Part shown: positions 55,650 through 64,000 of the stretch, piece by piece | Layout of the letters: each line of letters begins with the position of its first letter | Numbering within the stretch: the first letter of the stretch is position 1 | Assembly (NCBI GenBank): GCA_012295275.1 | Contig: CM022672.1 | Location: 8,370,001-8,434,000, forward strand | Origin: Chrysomallon squamiferum | Lineage: Eukaryota; Animalia; Mollusca | DNA length: 64,000 nt | Direction: 5' to 3' | Translations under genes and position numbers: made by a program | Notes under the pieces: model-generated | What the model was told of the DNA's origin: nothing | Seen by the model: only the letters and a program-made list of their open reading frames with translations | Database searches by the model: none

Positions 55650-57368
55650 TATTTATTCGTTTTTCTTACATATCCGTCTTCTGCAAATAAGAACGCTGAG
55701 GGACCATTAGCTAAATTTATTGTTTTATCCATCTCCTTAGATTTTTTCTTCTAGTATTAAAATATCTCCTTCATACTGTCTTTGCTGTTATCCTTCTTCT
55801 TTCTGTTTTTCTTCATCCTTTTCTCCCCTCCTCTTCTTCTTTCATCTCTTTCACCGTCAATCATTTCTGTTTCGTCATCATCTGCTTCGTCTTCATTTTA
55901 ATATAATATGACTTATGTGTTAATTCACGTTATTCTTTTTTTTTTTTTAATTTCCATATTTTTGCCCTGATGGGTAATTTCCATTAAGTTATCTCGCGGG
56001 AAGCTGTCACAAAGTGCAAGGGTTTTCGCTTTTTTGATGACCTCAGAAATGATGTTGGTAAATAGAAATTAGAAAATTGAAAAAAAAAAAAAAAAAAAAA
56101 ATAGGAAAGAAAGAAAAGGATTATTTACGAGATAGTTAGAGGGTATGATAAACACTGAGCAGAGAAATTACCGGACAAAGAAAGCTTTTTAAATTTAAAA
56201 AAAATATATTTATTATTGAAAATATAGTCAAGTGAAAACAAATTAGTACTGAATCTAAAACTGCGATATTAGTAGTTACACAATCAACAGATCAGCAGTA
56301 CAAAACGTGTGAATATGAAAGTAGTGATTATAATTTATGTGAAGATTTGTGTGTAAATTTGTGTCATATTTACATGTTTGAGTCGTACTTACAATATCAA
56401 GGATTTTTATAAATAATATTTTTAAACTTAGCCTTAAATGTCTGTCTTCAGTCCTTATTTATATTTATTTCTGAACAAATCAAAAACGAAAGGTAACGAT
56501 CGAAACTAGAACAATTCTCGAAGATAACGGCGTCGGAAATTTAAACGTCGATTTTCCCGTCTGCTCATTATTGCAACATTTGTCTGCTTCTTTCTGATAT
56601 ATTAATTTGTAATTTGAATCTACATACAGATACAAAAAAATCTAAAAAATCCACGTGACAATATTTATATACGACGGGATTGCAAACGGAGATTTCGTAC
56701 GGTGACATTAATGTCTTTAAAAGACATTCTTCAAAGCTGCCCTTTGACAAACGACGCATGTTGGCTCTGGCTGCAATTCCATCCATTAAACTAATGTTGC
56801 TTTTACTCTTGAAGATCTAATAAATCACAGACAATGGATTTTATTCCCGTCTTGATCAATGCAAAACTTTATACACCCGGCGTGGCTTCACCAGGGATCC
56901 GACGTTGGTGTGTGAATTTAGAATTGTCTTGAGATTTTATGTTACATCTGTTAAATCGCCAATAGTGAAAAAGAAAAGATGGTGAACAATAAGAGAAATG
57001 TGAGAGAAAAAAAAAAAAAATGTATGAAATAGAAAAAGATGATGAAGCAAAAAAGAACAATAATAAGAGACGGGTTACAAGATGACGAAGAAAGGTAACA
57101 GAAATGTAAGAAAAGAAAATGAAGACGAAGCAGATGATGACGAAACAGAAATGATTGACGGCGAAAGATATGAAAGAAGAAGAGGAAAGGAGAAAAGGAA
57201 GAAAAACAGAAAGAATAAGGATAACAGTAACGACAACACAAAAGAAACATTTTAATATTAGAAGAAAAAAACCTGAAGGGGATGGACAAAACAATAAATT
57301 TAGCTAATGATCCATCTGCGTGCTTGTTTGCAGAAGACGAATATGTAAGAAAAAACGAATATATATAT
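55650..57368. repeat. Inverted repeat pair 55650-55899 / 57117-57368 with about 1.2 kb spacer
   Basis: aaatgaagacgaagcagatgatgacgaaacagaaatgattgacgg...aaacaataaatttagctaatg...gcagaagacg.atatgtaagaaaaaacgaat occurs on both strands. Confidence 0.9.
55905..56155 (-). repeat. Dispersed duplicated segment, copy B (inverted copy of 47360-47700 with an internal deletion)
   Basis: Reverse complement aligns to 47360-47700 and lacks about 45 bp present at 47503-47548. Confidence 0.9.
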
Positions 57369-57621
57369 TCCGGATTTCTGGATAATTGGTCCGGTACCTG
57401 TTTATATATATAAACGAAATTGGAATACATTTTAATACCAACTGTTGTTAAGTCTAAGACATTTCGTAAATTACATTACGGCGATGACATAAAGGATAAA
57501 CAGTACATCGAGGACAACTGAACCTGCGATCTGAGACACCTGAGTCCTGTGTTAATCACTGAGATATAGTTTTATAAAAATCAGCACGATTTATAATAAT
57601 ACATTTGAAAAAAGTTTTAAA

Positions 57622-57684
<63 letters not shown>

Positions 57685-60127
57685 AAGAAGAAGAAGAAGA
57701 AGAAGAAAAAAGAAGAAGAAAAGAAAATAAATAAATAAATAAATAAAACAAAATAAATAATGAAAAAGAAAAGAGACCATAAATAAGAAAATCAAATAGA
57801 ACAAACATAAAAAAAAAGTATAAGAAATTCAGACAAATACTGACGTTTAGTTTTTATTTATAAAAAGCTTTTTGACATATCGATAACGTCTTAATTTTTT
57901 GGTCATGAGGTGAATCATAATTAGAAAGACATTTCTCATCTGTGAATTCTTTTACATACTGTAACTGACTCTTCTAATTTCATAATTTTAAATCGATAGT
58001 GACAAAAAATATACCGAGACAAATATCTTAAAACTGTAAACAGTCCATGGTTTAGACGCACCTTACGTATTTATTTTGTTTTATTTATTTTATTTTATTT
58101 TATTTTATTTTATTTTATTTTGTTTTTCTTTACTTTTTCTTTTTTTTTTCTTTTTCTTTTTAAGTGCGAATCAGGAAAACATTTTCTAATTAATCGGAGA
58201 CCGCAGGTGTTTTTTAAGAAAAAATTTTGTCACAGTGAGTTCACCCTAACCTCAACTTACGAAGACTAAAAAAATATATTTTATTATCAAAATGTACGGT
58301 AAACAGTAATTAATCATTTTTGAAATATATAATAAAATACACTCAGAAAGAACACATTCTGTAAGTCAGTATCAATATTGAGTTCATGCTTAACGAAATT
58401 TATAACATTTTAACTGTTTCAGGGGAGGATCCCTGAAACACAAAAATAAATTATTTTTATCATTATTATTATTTTTTTCACTAAATTATGAAGCTGTCTA
58501 CTTTAAACAGTGAGTTACACTTAACATATTATTAATTAATTAATTAAAACTATTGCCTAAACCCTATAAATTAACAGTGTGAACAGTACAGTAATAAAAA
58601 CGTTTTTAGCTGAACAAATCACTAAAGGTTTTACGTCCTCAGTGAACAAAAAAAAAAAAAAAAAAAAAAATCAGTACTCATAAATCAGAATTCCGTAAGT
58701 CTCCGCAGGATTTTGTCCTGTGTACAGAATTCATTTATTATGTATTACCGATTAATAAAAAGCAGATTAGTCCGCGGTTTGAAAAATAATCATTTCTGTC
58801 TTCAGCAACGAAAGCTGGTCACGAGTCCGGGATATGAATTAAAATCTCTTTTCCGTTAATTTAATTTTTTTTTTTTTTATTATGTTTTATGTATTCGATT
58901 TCTTTTTGATATCAACTGTAATCCACTTTTCTAATCTCCGCGATTATTATAGACGAAAATACAGAAATAGAATCATTATCGTGACCAGATTTTTTCATAA
59001 AATTGTTGAAAAATATTTTTTATAATGTGTGTGTGTGTGTGTGTGTGTGTGGGGGGGGGGGTGTGATTATGTGTATAATATGTGTGTGTGTGTGTGTGAC
59101 ATAATTACACTATTGCGTCAGATAAGTTGGATTAAGTTCAGTTTTGAGATATTAAGTGAAATATTTAGAAGAAAGAAAGAAAGAAAGAAGAAAAAAGTAA
59201 ATAAATATGTAAAATAAAATAAAATAAAACATGAATACAGTAACCGTTACGTTAAAAAAAAAAAAATAATAATAATAAAACGCTAAGAATATCCAAGAAC
59301 GATAATCCAACAAAAGAAATAAAATGACGAAAATACAGAGCAGCGGAGCAGAACTAAAAGAACCAGTTCAAAGATGAAAACGTTTGAAAATACACGAGCT
59401 GGAAGCGATCTCACTGCCTCGTGTCGATGAGGGGACAGAACGGGTCAGAAGACAAATGTTCCGCCCAATTAGCTGCTCTTCGACTTGTTAAATACCGTGC
59501 AGTCAGAGAGAGAGAGAGAGAGAGATCTGTCTAAAGTCGTTAGCCTCTGGTATTGATAAAACCTGCAGTACCGTCGTAGTTACAGGTTCTGTGGTTAACA
59601 CATCACTGTTAGGAGAGGCAGGTAGACTCGCGTGCTGTACCTCGATACCAGTTTGTAACTGTGGAATTGCACAACCACACCGTCATCTTCTAACTAATCT
59701 TCAAACCCGCTAACAGTGTATTTTGTTACACTGCCCGATTTCGTCCCGAATGTATTTCCTAAAATCTTCATTAAAACTGAATAAACTAAAATATTAATCT
59801 TTCAGTGACATCTATAAAAGTGTAATGTGATCAGCTCTCGAGAAGTCGGTAACATAACGGAATAATGTCACGCTGAACCTTTCGTTGTGTATTTTTATAA
59901 ACGTTAACCAGTCCTTTTGTTTATTTCTGCTTTCAGTGAAATTTCAAACGCATCCGAGTTAGACCGGCGAAAGTGTATAACAGGTGTATGTGCATACACA
60001 TATAATTTAAAAAAAATAAAATAAATAAAAATAAAAATAATAAATAAATAAATAAATAAAGGTAGGGGTGAAAAAAAGAAAGAAAGCATTTCATTTGCAA
60101 ACAAAAAGAAAAACAACTATTGCGAAA

Positions 60128-60166
<39 letters not shown>

Positions 60167-62700
60167 ACTGAAAAAATGAAGTATCAATCGGTAAAACATC
60201 GAGGGAAGCACGAGGAACGGAAAACGCTACCAGTTGCATCCTGTCATGGATTCACGCATGTAAAAGACAGAAATTTCACGCTGACAGTTGTCGATGACGT
60301 TGCAGATCGATGTCGCTGTTAGAAGAGCAAAATTAGGCAGGCAATAACGAAACGTGCTTGACACCGGCCTGCAGTATAGATTTTCACCAAATCCACGTCT
60401 GGGGCAATGGCGCTTGAACGTCGAAAATCACAGTTTGAAACATGTTAGTTAATCAGGTTGGCTCAAGAATGCCTTCTGCCTTTTCTTCGAGGTAGTTCTT
60501 TTCAAACAAGTAGTTGCTGCGCGGGCGGATCGACATTTCAACAGAGGAGGTTTTTGGGGGTGGGGGTGGCCATCATTGGTAACATAAAAAAAAAAATTAA
60601 AATTCATTCATAATAAAAAAATAAAAAAAAAAAAAAAATAAAATAAAATAATAATAAAAAAATTATCTTTTTTAATTCTTAATTTTCATTTTTAAATATT
60701 TTATATATACATATAAAGGAAGAACGCAAGATTAGGTAAACTCTGCATCCGCACCGAGAAGACTTTATAATATTTTAATTCAAACTACGATTGGCTTACG
60801 CTTCAGATAAGACTTCAGATTTTTATAGCGGCTTATCAAGGCACGAGTAATTCCGTGCCGAGCTGCCAACACTTAGAGTAAGCAGTTTTCAATTTGTTTT
60901 ATGGGGAAGGGAAGCAATACGAGGTTTATTATTTTCACTTTGAACCATTACAGAATTATTGGTAAATGGTATACACTTTGCTTCAACCAGTTTATGAAGG
61001 CAGTAATGTATTGTTAGTGTAGAGAAAGATATATTAATACAGAAAACAAAAAGATAAAATAAGAGTAAAATAAAGCAACACAAGTAAATATATAGATACA
61101 AGACAATAAAGGAAAAAAAGAAGAAAATAACTGATATGAAAAAGTTATGTTAATCTGTTATTACTAAATAATAATAATAATAATAATAACAATAATAATA
61201 ATAATAGTAGTAGTAGTAGTAGTAATAGTAGTAGTAGTAGTAGTAGAAGAAGAATAAGTAACTGTACTTACTAGTGTTAGTAATTTTACTCTAATGGTGG
61301 TGCTAGTAGTAACAGCAGCGACAGTAATAGTAATAGTAGTAGTACAGTAATAACAGTAAAAGTTGTTGTTGTTGGTGTTGTTGTAGTCATGGTAGTAATA
61401 GTAATTGTAATACTAGCAACCACAGAAGCTACAGCAATATTATAGTTATAATAGAGCAGGCAGATATGTCATTATGATTTCTGTCTTTTTTTTAGTTTTT
61501 TTTAGAGTAATCGATGTGGGAATATGAGACAAACTGTACATACAATGTAGTTCTGTCAAATCTCATTACTTTCACATTTACGATTGAAACAATATACCAG
61601 CAGCAGTATGACGTTAACCAGTTTTTTATATTTTTTATTGTCTTCCACAAAAAACTTCCGCGAGTTTGATAGCTCTACATCAGTGTCGATTTTATTCACC
61701 TTTTTTTATATTATTATTATTATTATTACTATTATTATATATTTTTTTTTAACGTTTTATATTTATGTATTTATTACTTTTTTTTACACCTTTATCCAGA
61801 ACATTAGCCAGTGATGCAGTTATCGCAATATACGTGTTTGTGAATAACATGGTAAATGGGAATTAACGTTTTCTCCATGCTGCCTTGTTAAACTATTAAT
61901 TCAGAGAATGAGTCGTGCTCTCGGGGGACTGTGGAGTTAATGTAAGAGAAGATGGCGAGTACGCAGAGGTTGCTGGCTGGGTTGGTGTAAGTTATGTCAT
62001 CGATAATATGTCCTGCACGAAGTCAGGATTACTAAGCTTCCCTTATATTCCGCTGTAATTGAATCTTGTTTTTAAGAATTCATTTCCCGTAATTGCATTA
62101 AATAATTAATAATACAAATAATAATTAAAAGAAATAAATTTAAAAAAGAAATCAATAAACTGAAACAAAAACAACAAATAACAGAAACACACACTACATA
62201 CATAAATAAATAAATAAATAAAAATGTCCCTATTCAAATGCACGAAAAAAAAAAAAAAAAAAAAGCACATAAACATTTGATGTAACCCTGCACTACAGTT
62301 TATTAAATAGAACATTCATTTATTATTTATTTGTCTGTTAATCAAAATAAAATAAAGAGGAAAAGTAACATTTTGTATCCTCAAAATATACCAAGATCAA
62401 AACCTGCAATTATTTTTATGAAAATATTAACCATAAGCTTCTCTCTGGCTTTTTTAGCTTTTAAATAAGTTATTGACATTGATCAAATTTAGTGAATTCT
62501 TTTTATCCATTTTTGTTCCATCTGTCATCGTGTACAAACTATTTTTTTGAATTACAAAAAGATATGTTACACAAACAAATTTGTTATGCATTAAAATATA
62601 AAGATATTACACAAACAAATGTTATTAATGGTGTGGGGTGTTTTCCAGTGGGAGAGGAATGATTAAAGATTGATGGTCACAGGCGCTTTCGTCATGGATA

Positions 62701-62835
62701 TCTGTCTGTCTGGATAACGTTGTTTAGCTTATATCTGTTATCTATGTATTCATTTATCTATCTTCTGTCTGTCTGTCTGGATAACGTTGTTTAGCTTTAT
62801 ATCTGTTATCTATGTATTCGTTTATCTATTTTCTA
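62701..62835. repeat. Direct duplication of about 70 bp
   Basis: tctgtctgtctggataacgttgtttagctt(t)atatctgttatctatgtattc occurs twice in tandem. Confidence 0.85.
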
Positions 62836-62844
62836 TCTGTCTGG

Positions 62845-63595
62845 CTGCCTGGTTGCCTATCTATGGATCTATGTGTATCCGTATCTGTCTGCCTGAATGT
62901 CTGCCTGACTGCCTATCTATGTATCTATGTGTATCTGTCTGCCTGTATGTCTGCCTGACTGCCTATCTATGGATCTATGTGTATCTGTCTGCCTGTATGT
63001 CTGCCTGACTGCCTATCTATGTATCTATGTGTATCCGTATCTGTCTGCCTGTATGTCTGCCTGACTGCCTATCTATGTATCTATGTGTATCCGTATCTGT
63101 CTACCTGTATGTCTGCCTGACTGCCTATCTATGGATCTATGTGTATCTGTCTGCCTGTATGTCTGCCTGACTGCCTATCTATGTATCTATGTGTATCCGT
63201 ATCTGTCTGCCTGTATGTCTGCCTGACTGCCTATCTATGGATCTATGTGTATCTGTCTGCCTGTATGTCTGCCTGACTGCCTATCTATGTATCTATGTGT
63301 ATCCGTATCTGTCTGCCTGTATGTCTGCCTGACTGCCTATCTATGTATCTATGTGTATCCGTATCTGTCTGCCTGTATGTCTGCCTGAATGCCTATCTAT
63401 GAATCTATGTGTATCCGTATCTGTCTGTCTGTATGTCTGCCTGACTGCCTATCTATGTATCTATGTGTATCCGTATCTGTCTGCCTGTATGTCTGCCTGA
63501 CTGCCTATCTATGTATCTATGTGTATCCGTATCTGTCTGCCTGTATGTCTGCCTGACTGCCTATCTATGGATCTATGTGTATCTGTCTGCCTGTC
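62845..63595. repeat. Minisatellite, about 14 units of 50 or 56 bp
   Basis: Unit ctgcctgtatgtctgcctgactgcctatctatg(t/g)atctatgtgtatc(cgtatc)tgt, flanked by (TATC)n/(CCTA)n microsatellites. Confidence 0.95.
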
Positions 63596-63674
63596 TTCCT
63601 GTCTGCTTATCTATCTATCTATATATCTACCTACCTGCCTATCTACCTCCCTCCCTACCTACCTACCTACCTAC

Positions 63675-63730
<56 letters not shown>

Positions 63731-63881
63731 ATATCTTTCTGTCTGTCTATCTGCCTGCCTGCCTGCCTGCCTGTCCGCCTGAACGTTTGTTTACATTTCA
63801 GTTTTTGCAATATAATATTCCATCTGTAGATCCATTAATAAATGCGCTATTTTGTGATCTTACTATCACGGAATTAAACGG

Positions 63882-63927
<46 letters not shown>

Positions 63928-64000
63928 TTGTTTTGTCTGCACTGGATTACGTGTAGTAATATCGAGCAGAGACAAAAGCAGGTAGAAATTTCATATTTCG

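Noticed and set aside
56869-57430. 141-aa and 159-aa hydrophobic ORFs
   Set aside because: Antisense reading of purine-rich low-complexity sequence within the inverted repeat; no ATG context or domain.
60519-60755. Possible MITE with gggcggatc / catccgcacc ends (similar motifs near 9845-10240 and 30668)
   Set aside because: The terminal match is too short and degenerate and no target-site duplication is identifiable.
62845-63595. Possible CRISPR array or repetitive coding exon
   Set aside because: There are no unique spacers, unit lengths of 50/56 are not multiples of 3, and frames contain stops.

Overview
AT-rich, microsatellite-dense eukaryotic (animal, probably lophotrochozoan/mollusc-like; inference) genomic DNA, so most entries of the ORF track are artefacts of simple repeats. 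Manual splicing recovers three intact protein-coding genes. (1) PCGF1-type Polycomb RING/RAWUL gene: minus strand, 8 coding exons, 5321-9286, 241 aa. (2) HPS1 (BLOC-3 subunit): plus strand, 16 coding exons, 9686-18237, about 777 aa, head-to-head with PCGF1 with 400 bp between the ATGs, and containing a U12-type intron. (3) An alpha2-adrenergic/Oct-alpha2R-type aminergic GPCR with an uninterrupted CDS: minus strand, 34034-35722; its 5' UTR is spliced and is followed by more than 28 kb of non-coding DNA. The window also holds a probable decayed minus-strand gene (18.7-21.6 kb), an internally deleted Tigger/pogo element (about 54.9-55.6 kb), two dispersed inverted duplications, several minisatellites and a visible switch from CpG-poor to CpG-rich DNA near 21 kb. 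I did not find convincing evidence of a wholly new biological system. The most unusual items are the tandemly amplified exon-end/donor cassettes in PCGF1 intron 7, the inverted duplication with a near-identical core, and the X-box plus double-CRE cluster downstream of the GPCR. Gene identities rest on my recollection of family sequences, not on database searches.
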